Shown piece after piece: positions 1 to 10,600 of a stretch of DNA of 64,000 nucleotides. Both the position numbers and the translations under genes were made by a program. Where the stretch lies: NCBI GenBank assembly GCA_000622025.1, contig JHWU01000007.1, positions 81,049 to 145,048 of the forward strand, read 5' to 3'. Position 1 is the first letter of the stretch, and each line of letters starts with the position of its first letter. Source of the DNA: Lachnospiraceae bacterium AD3010 (GTDB lineage Bacteria > Bacillota > Clostridia > Lachnospirales > Lachnospiraceae). The notes under the pieces are model-generated. The model was given only the letters and a program-made list of their open reading frames with translations. It had not been told where the DNA came from and made no database searches.

Positions 1-1402
1 CATTTGAGGTCTTATCACTTGCCTTGTCGCTTTTAAGGGTATGCTTCCTGCCGTTATAGGTGACCTTTTCACTGTATTTTACGGTAAGGTCTATACCAAG
101 GGTCTTTAATTCCGCTATCTTCGAGGAATCAAATTTTACGGATCTTATATGGTTAATAATATCCAGAACATCATACTCGGTATCCGTTATAGGGCTGTTA
201 TAATGAATCTTCACCTTTGAACTGTCAAGCCCGGCTTTTTCAAGATGGTCAAAAAGAATGGTCTTTCCGTTAAGACCCATTTTATTAAGATGCCCCTTAT
301 CAAGACTAAAGTCCCAGCATTCTATCTCCTTCCACTGGCTTTCGCTTCCTTCATAGTAGATATCCGTGATATTGCTAAGGGCCTCTCCGTTGTCACTTGC
401 AACGCTAAAAGCCTTCTGTCCCACTCTTTTTAAGCTCTTCGGCAGATGAACAGTCTTTAGATTGCTGCAGTCATAGAAGGCCTCAAGCTGTATGCCCTTT
501 ACCGTTGTTCCGACAGTAAGGTCGGTAAGGGACTTATTATTATAAAAGGCCCAGTACTGTATATCCTCTGTTCCCTTAATAACGGTGTATTTACCTCCTG
601 CTTCCTTTACGAGACCCTCAGGCACGAACATAAGACAGGGTGTCTTGTAAACACTTCCCCTGACGGCAGCATAGGGATCGTTTATCTCATAAATTGTGTT
701 TTTTACTTCCCTCATATAGGGATTGTCTTCCGAAAGCTCCAGCTCCTTTAGTGATGAAGCGCCGCTGAAGCTGTCCCCCCGTACATTATGGATATTATCG
801 GGGAATACGAACCTTGAAAGCCCGGTACAGTTTCCGAAGGTGTTCCGTCCGAAATGGCATACTCCCTTTCCGATGGAAATATCCGTAAGCTCAGGGCAGT
901 TATAGAATGCCTCCTTGTTGATCTCAAGTGCCTCTCCGTCCCGGGCATAGCCTATTGTTACCTTCTTAAGCTTCGGACAGTCCTTAAACATTCCGCTTTC
1001 AATAAAGCACATTCCCTTTATTTCCACAGGGCTCTTGTACTCTACCTCCGTAAGGTTCGGAAGACCGTTACATTTATCGATATCGTCCGAGTCGGCTCTT
1101 CCTGACTCAAACACAATCTTCTGAGCCTTATCCTTGCATTCATCAAAGTCGGAAGAGCTGCTGCTGTCATTCGTATACCTGAGAACCCCGTCGGAAAAAT
1201 GCCAGTGCCAGCTTCCGGAAGATACTTTTGCTTCAGCCCTGTCCCCGCTTTCCCCGGCTGCATCCGAAAGATCCGCTTCCGCGATTTCCGCATCCGCTTC
1301 TGCAGCATAAGCAACAGCCCCGGAGAGCACTCCTCCTGCTGAAAGAGCCGCGCTTAATAAAACCGCCAGAAGGCTTCTGTAATAGGTTTTAATATTCTTC
1401 AT
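1..1402 (-). CDS. Secreted leucine-rich-repeat (BspA-type LRR) surface protein; partial, 3' end lies outside the window
   Basis: ATG at 1402-1400 on the minus strand is preceded by AGGAGG. The frame stays open to the window edge, so the ORF is absent from the ORF track. The N-terminus is a signal peptide (MKNIKTYYRSLLAVLLSAALSAGG). Hand translation shows repeated BspA-like LRR units (FKDCPKLKKVTIG..., INKEAFY.CPELTDISIG). Confidence 0.6.
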   Translation of the reverse strand, partial: MKNIKTYYRSLLAVLLSAALSAGGVLSGAVAYAAEADAEIAEADLSDAAGESGDRAEAKVSSGSWHWHFSDGVLRYTNDSSSSSDFDECKDKAQKIVFESGRADSDDIDKCNGLPNLTEVEYKSPVEIKGMCFIESGMFKDCPKLKKVTIGYARDGEALEINKEAFYNCPELTDISIGKGVCHFGRNTFGNCTGLSRFVFPDNIHNVRGDSFSGASSLKELELSEDNPYMREVKNTIYEINDPYAAVRGSVYKTPCLMFVPEGLVKEAGGKYTVIKGTEDIQYWAFYNNKSLTDLTVGTTVKGIQLEAFYDCSNLKTVHLPKSLKRVGQKAFSVASDNGEALSNITDIYYEGSESQWKEIECWDFSLDKGHLNKMGLNGKTILFDHLEKAGLDSSKVKIHYNSPITDTEYDVLDIINHIRSVKFDSSKIAELKTLGIDLTVKYSEKVTYNGRKHTLKSDKASDKTSN

Positions 1403-1439
1403 AAATAATTATCCTCCTTGTGATATTATATTCGTCAAA

Positions 1440-1474
1440 TGTCATCCTGAGGAGCGATAGCGACGAAGGATCTT
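1440..1474. repeat. Copy of the dispersed palindromic intergenic element (TGTCATCCTGAGG...CGAAGGATCTTT)
   Basis: Same motif as at 39201-39341, 42519-42662, 45049-45162 and 49713-49748. ATCCT...AGGAT forms an inverted repeat. It lies just downstream of the S8 protease stop. Confidence 0.45.
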
Positions 1475-1476
1475 TC

Positions 1477-4374
1477 TTAGTATTCAATGTACCCGAAATA
1501 ATTCCCCGTTCCTTCAAGTGTGACTTTGTCTCCTGAAGACAAAGTGGCGTTTACAGCCGCCTTAAAATCCTTATCCTTAGCTTTGCTGTATTTAAGCTTT
1601 AGCTCCTTCTCTTTACCGTCATTATATTTTATGCTTATCCCGGCCTTTTTAAGCTTCATCTTGTTCTTATCAAAGGAACCTTTTTTTATTATATAACGGT
1701 TTTCTTTCCCGCTGCCGTCGGTATAGTTTCCGGAGCTTCCCGAAATGCCGATAAATATGGGATATACAGGGATCACAAGCTTAAGCTCCGTCCCTACGCA
1801 GGGCTTCATTAGGTCAGCATCGGTCAAGGTGCTGCTCTTATTATTTTTAAGCTTTTTATTAAGCTCCTTTATCTCCTTATCAAGCGCTTTCCCGAGAGTC
1901 CGGTCAAGCTCCTTATTCTCCAGTACTATTCCTGAAAGATATGCCGCATTACCTATGGCTTTAATATTTCCGGACATCCTGCCGAAGCAGTCAAAGCTTG
2001 CGTTCTTTGCGTTCTTGATCTTTGCCTTCTTTACCCTTGCTTCCTTCCATTCGCCGCTTTTTTCGGAGTAGAATACCTTCACATCTATATCGTTATTTTT
2101 AGACCTGCCTGTCTTATTCTTATTATAAAGATGCTTTCTCCCGTCTGCACGGAGAGCCCCGTTCATACTGAGCTTAACCCGGTATTTCTTAGACGTATCC
2201 TTTCCGCTCGCCGTTATGGCTGAATCAAAGACTACCTCGGAAGTACTGCTGACCCTGCTTTCAATGGCTTTATCCAGCCCGGAAAGAATCTTATTTTTGG
2301 ATAAGGCGGAAACATTCGGATCATTAAGAAGCGCCATTTCATTTTCCGTCACAACATTACTCAGTGCCTCTCCCTCAGCAGGCAATACCGTAATATCCTT
2401 TGAATAGCTTACACTGCCGTAGCTATATGTGACCCGTGCCTTTCCGGGTTTTAGTCCGCTTATCTCCAATGAATAATGGGAATCTATGATCTTTTTTTCA
2501 CCGTTACGCTCTATTTCTGTTTTCGTATGATCTGCCTTCAGTACCGATCTGTCAGAAATGTCAAGAGTCCAGATGATCCCGTCCTTCGGCTCAAAATCAA
2601 AGCTTAAGCCTGCCTTTTCACCGGCTCTTATGCTGTCAGGCCCGTTAAATTCCGCATCAATGACCGCCATGGATCTGGTTAAGGAAAATCCCCTTTCATC
2701 AAAAGCCGTGATCCGTACTACTCCGGAGCCTACACCTTTTATAACACCCTTATCCACGGTGGCTACAGCTTCGTCGCTTGTTTCCCAGCGGTAATTACCG
2801 CTTCTTAAAGGAGTAAGAGTCAGGGTCTCACCCTTTTTAAGCTCCGTTCCTCCGTTAAATACGAAGCCATCCTTAGCAAGCTTCACGGCATTATAGGCAT
2901 TCACTTCCCCGAAGCCGTATCCTTCATCCCAGAGAGGGTCTCCCATATCGACAGCAGAACTCAAAAGTATATCGGTAAGCTGTGCCACCGTGAGATCCGG
3001 TCTTGCGGCTAAGACTAAGGCCGCTACCCCCGAAACAACCGGAGCTGCCATAGAGGTACCGCTAATAAAATAGTAATTATTAAATCCACTGCTTAAAATT
3101 CCCCACCCCGGAGCAGAAATATCCTTTGTAGTCTGTCCCGGCATATTATAATTTGAAAAGTATGACCGGGATAGGGGTTCGTCCATTAATAATTCTTTGG
3201 AATGCTCATCCTGAGTGCCGTTTCCAAGTGAAATGACTTCAATGCTGCGGGTGACAGCATCTCCCCAGGCCCCGAAGAAAGGACCTCCAAAAATTTCCGC
3301 AGAATTCCCTGCAGCGAATATGGTGACTATTCCTTCATCATAGGCACTAAGGACACATTCGTTCATCAATATGTCATAGTATCCGGGTTTTGTTATGAAA
3401 TCCTTATATTCCAGGTTAAAACCTTCGGCCAAACTCATATTAATTGCTCTGATATTATATTTTTCCCTGTTTTTCAGGATGCATTCAAAACCCTTTAATA
3501 TATTGCTCTCTAAAAGCTCTCCTTTACTCTCTTTCTTTGCTGCATTGACAGGAAACAGTCCGGCATCATAGGAAACACCGGCAATACCTTTATTATTATT
3601 GGCCTTTGCAGCAATTATCCCGCATACATGGCTGCCATGGTTTATTATAAGCTCTGAACCCTGCCCTCCTTCTATCCCGTCCCCGGCTGCATCATAATAA
3701 CCAACTATATTATCTTTAAGATCCGGGTGGTTTATATTGAAGCCGCCATCAATTACAGCTACTGTGACCTTCTTTTCCGTTTTCTGAACATCCCATGCTT
3801 CACAGGCGCTGACAGACTGAAGATACCAGCAATCAGAAATATAAGGATCATTTACTGAAGCAGTGTTTTTCCTGCCTTCATCTGTCTCCGGATGAGAGGA
3901 GGATCCGTAATTTACCATCTCCTCCTCCGGAATGTGGTAAATATAATCCGGCTGGGCATAGCTTATTAATGGAATGGAGCTTAACTGCGCCATAGCAGTC
4001 CCCGTATCCACATTGTCCCTTAGCTCAAGCTTTACGGTATTAAGATACACGTCATTCTCCGTCACGGTAACACTCTTAACGGAGTCTGCAAATCTTAAGT
4101 ATCTGTTCAGCTCATTGAGGGAAGCATCCTCATGAAGCCGTATAAGAACGGACTCCGGATCGTGCTCAGCTTTGATATCCGGAACCATTTCCTCCGGGAT
4201 CTCCGAAACAGAGAGTATGGACGCACAGTACTCATCCTCATAGGAAGAAGCCTGAGCCTCTCCGTTACTTCCGGAGGCGGCCAAAGTCATCGTAAATGTC
4301 AACGTAAGTGAAAGGATTACTGCCGTTAATTTTTTTCCGTAACCAAAGTTACACCGGTTCAAATGCCGAAACAA
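1477..4374 (-). CDS. Secreted S8 family subtilisin-like serine peptidase with C-terminal bacterial Ig-like (Big_2) domains
   Basis: ORF 1477..4431. Catalytic triad motifs are present in order: VAVIDGGFNINHPDL (Asp), HGSHVCGIIAA (His) and GTSMAAPVVSGVAALV (Ser). Big_2-like repeats follow (TLTLTPLRSGNYRWETSDEAVATVD). The likely true start is TTG at 4374 (AAGGAGG 9 nt upstream), giving a signal peptide KKLTAVILSLTLTFTMTLAAS. The ATG at 4431 has no RBS. Confidence 0.8.
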   Translation of the reverse strand: MFRHLNRCNFGYGKKLTAVILSLTLTFTMTLAASGSNGEAQASSYEDEYCASILSVSEIPEEMVPDIKAEHDPESVLIRLHEDASLNELNRYLRFADSVKSVTVTENDVYLNTVKLELRDNVDTGTAMAQLSSIPLISYAQPDYIYHIPEEEMVNYGSSSHPETDEGRKNTASVNDPYISDCWYLQSVSACEAWDVQKTEKKVTVAVIDGGFNINHPDLKDNIVGYYDAAGDGIEGGQGSELIINHGSHVCGIIAAKANNNKGIAGVSYDAGLFPVNAAKKESKGELLESNILKGFECILKNREKYNIRAINMSLAEGFNLEYKDFITKPGYYDILMNECVLSAYDEGIVTIFAAGNSAEIFGGPFFGAWGDAVTRSIEVISLGNGTQDEHSKELLMDEPLSRSYFSNYNMPGQTTKDISAPGWGILSSGFNNYYFISGTSMAAPVVSGVAALVLAARPDLTVAQLTDILLSSAVDMGDPLWDEGYGFGEVNAYNAVKLAKDGFVFNGGTELKKGETLTLTPLRSGNYRWETSDEAVATVDKGVIKGVGSGVVRITAFDERGFSLTRSMAVIDAEFNGPDSIRAGEKAGLSFDFEPKDGIIWTLDISDRSVLKADHTKTEIERNGEKKIIDSHYSLEISGLKPGKARVTYSYGSVSYSKDITVLPAEGEALSNVVTENEMALLNDPNVSALSKNKILSGLDKAIESRVSSTSEVVFDSAITASGKDTSKKYRVKLSMNGALRADGRKHLYNKNKTGRSKNNDIDVKVFYSEKSGEWKEARVKKAKIKNAKNASFDCFGRMSGNIKAIGNAAYLSGIVLENKELDRTLGKALDKEIKELNKKLKNNKSSTLTDADLMKPCVGTELKLVIPVYPIFIGISGSSGNYTDGSGKENRYIIKKGSFDKNKMKLKKAGISIKYNDGKEKELKLKYSKAKDKDFKAAVNATLSSGDKVTLEGTGNYFGYIEY

Positions 4375-5545
4375 TATCAAGTACCTCCTTACCGTACTCC
4401 GGGTAATCCTGCACGATGGAATTGATCTCATCCCTTGAAATATCCCTGGTCTGGGTATTATATTCTATACGCTTTCTGATAGAAGAACGGCGCTCAAAGA
4501 GCTCATGTCTTACCTCCACCATTTCTCCGGGGCTTACCAAAGCCTCGCAGCGGTTAAGCCAGACGGTAGGATCCTTTACCCTGTAGCTCCTAAGCTCGCG
4601 GAGCAGTGCCGTTCTTTCCGCCGAGAGATCATCATTAGCCCTCTCAACCGCAAGCCGCGCCTGCTTTTCTTCCAGAAATACATCCCACTGGTAGCTAAGC
4701 TCATCCGACGCGTTCACGCTGTACTTCCTGTACTCATATTCCAGAAGATTTGAGGTATTTACAAAGCGTATCTTTACCTTATTAAGCTCGGAGATCACGG
4801 CATTAAGATATTTATCCGTTCTCTTAAGATCCCTTTTTGCCTTTGTAAAGGTAAGATACTCGTAAATAAAGGAACCTGCGGAAATAAAGGCAGTAGCGAG
4901 AAAGCCTATCTCTGCATGCATTAAGAGTCCGAACTGCAGGAAGGAAAGGAGTCCCATAAGGGTCAGGCCGAATAAAAAGGTTATGCCAACCATATTCTTC
5001 ATATTCCTCATGGTGCCCTTAAGCTCACGGATCTTATACTCACTTACGGCCTTCTCCCCCTCAAGCTTCTGGAGGTCTGAGCGCACAAGCTCCTTATATT
5101 CCTCGTTCTTCTTCATATTCTTTATATCACCGGGAATATCAGCTTCATAACGAAGAAGTATACGATAGCGCTCCTCTGAGATCCGCCCGATGCTCTTTGT
5201 ACTTGCCCGGCTCTGCTTATTTAGGGTATTGATCCTGTCAGCTATCCTTGAAAGCCTTCTTTTTGAATCATCCGGAAGAGCCTCTATTACCTCTATATCC
5301 GTGAGATACTCGGTGACAAGGCGGTACTCCATCTTTGAGCGCTCTATCTCCTTATCCGCTTCTATCATCTGCTCGCAGCAGCTTTCGATATAACGCTCCC
5401 TCTGATCCTTGACCCGCATATCAACGGAATCACGGCGTATGGGATGATTTTCCTCCCTTACGGTCTCCCCGTAGATGCCGTTATCATAGTCCTGATCCCC
5501 TCTGATATCAGCTATTATGTTTTTTATCCATGAAACCAGACCCAT
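4349..5545 (-). CDS. Hypothetical coiled-coil protein with two central transmembrane helices
   Basis: 398-aa ORF with charged coiled-coil-like flanks and a hydrophobic pair (GITFLFGLTLMGLLSFLQFGLLMHAEIGFLATAFISAGSFIY). I recognise no catalytic motif. It is last in a co-directional four-gene set. Confidence 0.5.
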   Translation of the reverse strand: MGLVSWIKNIIADIRGDQDYDNGIYGETVREENHPIRRDSVDMRVKDQRERYIESCCEQMIEADKEIERSKMEYRLVTEYLTDIEVIEALPDDSKRRLSRIADRINTLNKQSRASTKSIGRISEERYRILLRYEADIPGDIKNMKKNEEYKELVRSDLQKLEGEKAVSEYKIRELKGTMRNMKNMVGITFLFGLTLMGLLSFLQFGLLMHAEIGFLATAFISAGSFIYEYLTFTKAKRDLKRTDKYLNAVISELNKVKIRFVNTSNLLEYEYRKYSVNASDELSYQWDVFLEEKQARLAVERANDDLSAERTALLRELRSYRVKDPTVWLNRCEALVSPGEMVEVRHELFERRSSIRKRIEYNTQTRDISRDEINSIVQDYPEYGKEVLDIVSAFEPV

Positions 5546-5569
5546 TTTCCGATTAATCCCTGCAGCCTT

Positions 5570-6391
5570 TTAATTTCTGTATTCCGACTTCCAGCCTTGT
5601 AAAACCGAATGTCTTAAGGAGATATATTTAGGGAAATCCCCGTCCTGCCTTGCCTTGACAGCCTCCTTAAACCGCCTTGCGTCTTCATTTCTCATGGAGT
5701 GCTTTCCGGCCTCCGTGACACGCCTTAAGCATTCCGAGTAGATATTCTCCGGGATGTTCCTGGAAACCATATATACATAGAAAGCATCATCATTCTTACT
5801 GAGTCTTGCGGCGGCGATTAGCTTATTAAGTATCACCGGATCCTCAGGAGTAAGCTCCGATGCTTCCTCAAAATATCTTAAGGCACGGTCAAAATTGAAA
5901 TTTCCCGCAGCAGCATTTCCCATTCCGCATAAAAGCTTTGCGGCATCCTTCGGATCCTCTTCGCGGTTTATGACCTTTAGTGCCGCATTAAACTCGATAA
6001 CAGCCTCTGCCGTTCTTCCGCTTTTAAGGAAAAATTCGCCCCGCACCCTGTGTGAATCACTCACACTCATATGCTCTCCATGGCTCAATGCCTTCCTCAG
6101 GGTCTCGATCTCCGTATCGTTTGCGAATCTGCTCTCCTTAAAGAGCATTGAGATCCTGTCCGCGAAATCCTTCCCTCTGTCAAGCATCTCATCATACTTC
6201 GCTGCAAGATCCGGGAGCTCCAGCCTCTTCCTTAAGAAGCGGGAAAGAGCGGGACCGAAGTCCTCGGGATTAAGCATAAAGACATTTTCCCTGACATAGT
6301 ATAAAAGCTCCTCCAGGGAATAGATCCCTGTCTGAGTATCCCGGATTATATATGGTCTGTCAGACCTTATGCCTATGCACTGATAGATCAA
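5570..6391 (-). CDS. Hypothetical TPR-like repeat protein
   Basis: 273 aa. The TTG start overlaps the upstream stop by 4 nt (TTGA), with AGAGGAG 8 nt upstream. TPR-like helical repeats are present (LLCGMGNAAAGNFNFDRALRYFEEASELTPEDP). Confidence 0.5.
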   Translation of the reverse strand: MIYQCIGIRSDRPYIIRDTQTGIYSLEELLYYVRENVFMLNPEDFGPALSRFLRKRLELPDLAAKYDEMLDRGKDFADRISMLFKESRFANDTEIETLRKALSHGEHMSVSDSHRVRGEFFLKSGRTAEAVIEFNAALKVINREEDPKDAAKLLCGMGNAAAGNFNFDRALRYFEEASELTPEDPVILNKLIAAARLSKNDDAFYVYMVSRNIPENIYSECLRRVTEAGKHSMRNEDARRFKEAVKARQDGDFPKYISLRHSVLQGWKSEYRN

Positions 6392-7638
6392 ATAAGTATC
6401 TCCTCTTTTACCGATCTGTCCGTTGATCTGAAGATCTCTCCGAAGCCCAGATCCGTTATGGTCAGTATCAGCTTTTGGGCGGATGAAAAGCTGAAATTGA
6501 GCCTTATCCTTCCCGCCCTGTCCGGACGGACCGGGAGAAAATCAAGCCTTATCACCTTATTTCTCTCGTCCTTATCGAGAATGTCGGTAATGACTATGAT
6601 AAGCTCCCTGTCCTGCCCGACCATAACCTCCATATCCTTTTGCGCCTCATACCACTTATCCCCCGCGTCCGCTACAGGGATCAGAACTTCCTTTCCCTCT
6701 GAAACAGCTCTTATACTCACGTTGGAGGAAATGGAATCATCTCCGAAATATACATATCTCCTGCTTATCCTGACAAGATCCACAATGTCAGCTGCGGCAT
6801 AGCAGGCGCCCTTGGAGTAAAGGTTCTGCCCCTTAAATACCCTTGACTTTGACAGGATAACCCTTAAGGTCTTCTGCTCCCATCTCTCGTTAAAGGCTTC
6901 ACCCGTAAGATAGGTTCCGCTTACCCCGCCTTTCAGGTCCTCCATGGCAATGGCTGAAAAACGCTCATCCAGTCTTTTCCTGTCTGCTCCGAAAAAGGGA
7001 ACCATATCCTCCCTGAATCTCTTCTTATTCCTGACAAGCGCAGGAGAAGTTGAATGGTCTATAGAAAGACAGTTAGACTCGAAGGAATTGTCGCTGTAAT
7101 CATATAAAAGCACGCCGTCACGCCATAAGCCGATGGGCTGGCTCAGAGCATAATAATAGAAGCTCTCAGCATAGCTTATGACACGGACCGATGGTATCCC
7201 TATACCTGCAGACTTCACAGCCTCCATTATGACCTTTCCCGAAAGAGGATGAACCTTCCTTTCGGTGATACAGAGCGCGTTCACTCTTGAATAGGCGGTT
7301 TCCTCGGGCAGCCTCAGAAGAAAGGATAAGAATTTCCCGAGGAGAACTATGTCCGGATCATCCCTTTTAATACCGTTTTTTTCCGAAGAATCCAGAGCCC
7401 TGCTTAAAAGAGCGGTCTCATACTCCATCTTAAAGGCCGCAGCAGAAGAGACAGCCTCCTCGCCGAATACGTACTTCTCACTTCCCGGAAGCTTAAAGGC
7501 CGCCACCGGGATCCTGAAGGCACCTTTTTCCCTGTCAACGGAATAAGTGATAACTCCCTCCTGAGGATCGTGGCAGGTGGAGATCAGTGTATACTTTTCA
7601 GATAGGTCGATTCCAACGACCAGCTGATTATTTTTCAA
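6388..7638 (-). CDS. Hypothetical protein, possibly a divergent actin/Hsp70-fold ATPase
   Basis: 416 aa. TTG start with GGAGGAG upstream. The N-terminal VVGIDLSEKYTLIS resembles the phosphate-1 motif of Hsp70/actin-fold ATPases (IGIDLGTT). DLKGGVSGTYLTG weakly resembles connect-2 (DLGGGTFD). Assignment is tentative. Confidence 0.4.
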   Translation of the reverse strand: MKNNQLVVGIDLSEKYTLISTCHDPQEGVITYSVDREKGAFRIPVAAFKLPGSEKYVFGEEAVSSAAAFKMEYETALLSRALDSSEKNGIKRDDPDIVLLGKFLSFLLRLPEETAYSRVNALCITERKVHPLSGKVIMEAVKSAGIGIPSVRVISYAESFYYYALSQPIGLWRDGVLLYDYSDNSFESNCLSIDHSTSPALVRNKKRFREDMVPFFGADRKRLDERFSAIAMEDLKGGVSGTYLTGEAFNERWEQKTLRVILSKSRVFKGQNLYSKGACYAAADIVDLVRISRRYVYFGDDSISSNVSIRAVSEGKEVLIPVADAGDKWYEAQKDMEVMVGQDRELIIVITDILDKDERNKVIRLDFLPVRPDRAGRIRLNFSFSSAQKLILTITDLGFGEIFRSTDRSVKEEILI

Positions 7639-10600
7639 AGAACTCCTCCACCGTTTCAGAAAGCCGCATATACTGTTCCATCAGGTCTTCAAGACTCGGA
7701 TCGTCATTCACCGATTCCGAAAGAAGCATATCGTTTATCATATCGTAGCGGGAGTCTGTTCTGCCGTTTCGCATAAGGTCTCTCTCCAATGTCTCGCTCT
7801 GAGTGGGGAAGCTGTCATCATTATTCTCTTCAGTGATATAGTACTGAAGCTTCTCCCCGTAAAACAGGACAAAATCCCTGCTGTATATTCCGGAATAGTT
7901 TTCCTCCATATTCTCGCTGATAAATTCCGCATTGGGGCTCTCTTCATCGGAGATGCAGTAGTGTATCAAAACCTTCTTGTCGGGTTCGGTCCTGTATTCC
8001 ACAAAGGTCCTGTCATGATAAAGTCCCATGGCGGGAACATATTCCCTGTATTCCTTAAAGAATTCAAAGATCCTTCCGCTCTCGATAAGCCTGTCCACAA
8101 GCGAAGACAGGGATTTTTTCAGTTCATCATCCTCACTATGTGAGAAGTGCTTTAGAAGCGCCAGAGCGGAGATATCGTTAAGCTCCTCCCCGTCCCTGTA
8201 TCTTTTCAGCAGCGCATCAAAGATCCTTTCATCCACAATATTTGCATATACAAAGTACTCGTGGGAAATATAGTCAAGGCTCGCATTTATTATCTTTTCC
8301 CTGCCGCCGTTTTCTATGCAGCTTAAGAGTATCTCATCCCTGTCTGCCGTAAAGGATCCTGCATAGAGCATCTGTGACAGTATCCTCTCCTCTATCCGGA
8401 CGGTATCGATATTAAATGACCTGGCGGCCTTCCATATATCCCGGAGATCCTTTATATTTCCCTGAAATTCCACACAGAGATAATTAAGTATATTTTCATC
8501 ATACTTCCCAAGCTTCAGAGCTTCTCTTGCGAGGTTTAAGAGTGTGGGATCCTCCGTATTTATCCCCTCACCGATCATACGGCTGATAAGTCGCACAAGT
8601 ATCACCGGATCCACTCCCTCCGGTCCGTACTCCTTGATAAGCTCATATACCTTTCTGTGCATACCGCGCGCCACATAGAGCCTGGCGATCTCTGCCCTGA
8701 CTTCCGGAGAAACTCTGGAAATATCCAGCTCATCAAGGATCTCATCCAGTTCATCGAATCTGTCATGATCGGTATAATGGCGGATAAGGGCAAAGTAGCA
8801 TTCATCCCTTAAGCTCCTCTCGATCTCCTCCGAAGCAGAGAGGGTACGTATGCTGCTCTCATTTACCTGATTGACCTGAATACTGTGCCGTCCTGAGCCG
8901 CAGACATAATATGCCTGTCCCACCTCCCTTTCAAGGGTGAGTCTTATGGCCTTTGTAAACTTGACAGGATTAAGAAGGGTACGGTCCACCACACCCTTTC
9001 TCGCAACAGAACGGCGCATATCATTGTACTCTGTAACAAGATCATAATCCCCGCCGTACAGATTGAGATAAGCCTTTCCTCCGGTGACAGTGGCATTCCT
9101 TTCTCTTATAAAGCCGTTCTCCACGGAAGACACCGCCCTTACCAAAGGATCCTTTACACTTATCTCATGCGTGAATATCAAAGGACTTACCGCCAGGAAA
9201 AATCTCTTTGAAAGCTCCGGGATACTTAAATTTGACACATACTCATAGATACAGGAAAGATTTTCGCTTATCTTCCTGTTCTCAGCTTCCTTTACCGCAA
9301 ATGCTGCTATCCTCTGTTCATTGCTTTTTAATATATCCGCCGCCTCATTCTTATGCCTTATTAGTGAAGCATAGAAGAAGGCCATTCTGTCATTTCCCAC
9401 TCCCGCACCTATACTGAAGTACATCAGAATGGATTCAGGCATCAGCTCTTCTAAGGTATCCGGAACAGTATTCAGATAGGATTCGTATAATCTTGTGATC
9501 TTCAGTCCGTATTTCACACCGGCTTCAAACCAGCGGAAATCATCCTTGTTTCTCTTTCGGTTTCCCCTTTCCCTGATAAGCAGTGTACAGATCGCTTCCA
9601 AAAGCTCTATGGATCCGTATTTATTGTAATAAGCCTTAAGGACATTAAGATAAACAGCCGAATATCCTTTTAGGCTGTAGCTCACGGAAATGATGGATGA
9701 GATCAGCTCTTCATAATAAATATGGTTTTTTATCCCCCAGTTTATGGCATAGATCTCAGCCATACCGCCGGATTTAAAGCCCTCGTGGCTCTCGGTCAGG
9801 GCTCTTAAGATCTCTATGTAAAGAAGCGGGCTCCTGACCCCCTTCTCGAACTGGTTTATTAAGAGCTCAAGCCTGATTCCCGCATGGTTCCCAAGCTCTT
9901 CATCCAGATAGATCCTTAGCCAAAGGAGTATGGCGGAGCCTGGATCTTCGTCGCAGAGAGCGTGTACCTCCCGGGACTTCTCCCTTGTATATGCCCTGTC
10001 CTTTTTTAAGACTGCCTCCAGATATTTCCGGTACCCCTCCGCCTCAGAATGCATCTGTCCAAGCATAAATTCGTTATCTATAAGGGAAAGCATAAGGGAG
10101 GCATCATTGTCCCGTCCCTCCATCAGATATACGTGTGTCATTATAAGCCTGGGGAAGATATCCCTGCTGTTTTCGTCAGTCATGCCGGCGCAGATCTCCC
10201 TAGCCTGTTCGCAGGTCTCGCTTAGCCCCTTCCTTTTCAGCCTGAAATCAACGTAGAGACGCATTATGTCAAAGATGCCCTTATGTCTTCTAAAATTCTT
10301 CGAGTTTTCATCCGTCTGCCATCTGAAGGAAGCATCAACGGTCACCGGAATATGGATCTCTGAATTATAGGACTTCAGAACTATACTGCCGATATTCTTT
10401 CCCCTGTGAAGGGCGTTTTCGTCTATCCTGAAGGGAAGTACCGCGATATCCCCCTTAAAATCCCCTTCAAGTATCGTCTCTTTTTCGGGACGGATAAAAT
10501 CACCCTTCCCTTTTACACTGAGCCTTATATAACCCCATCCGCTCTTTCTTATCCTTATCTCCTGCAGGGCTTTAAGATCCGGCTCATTAATAAGCAGGAC

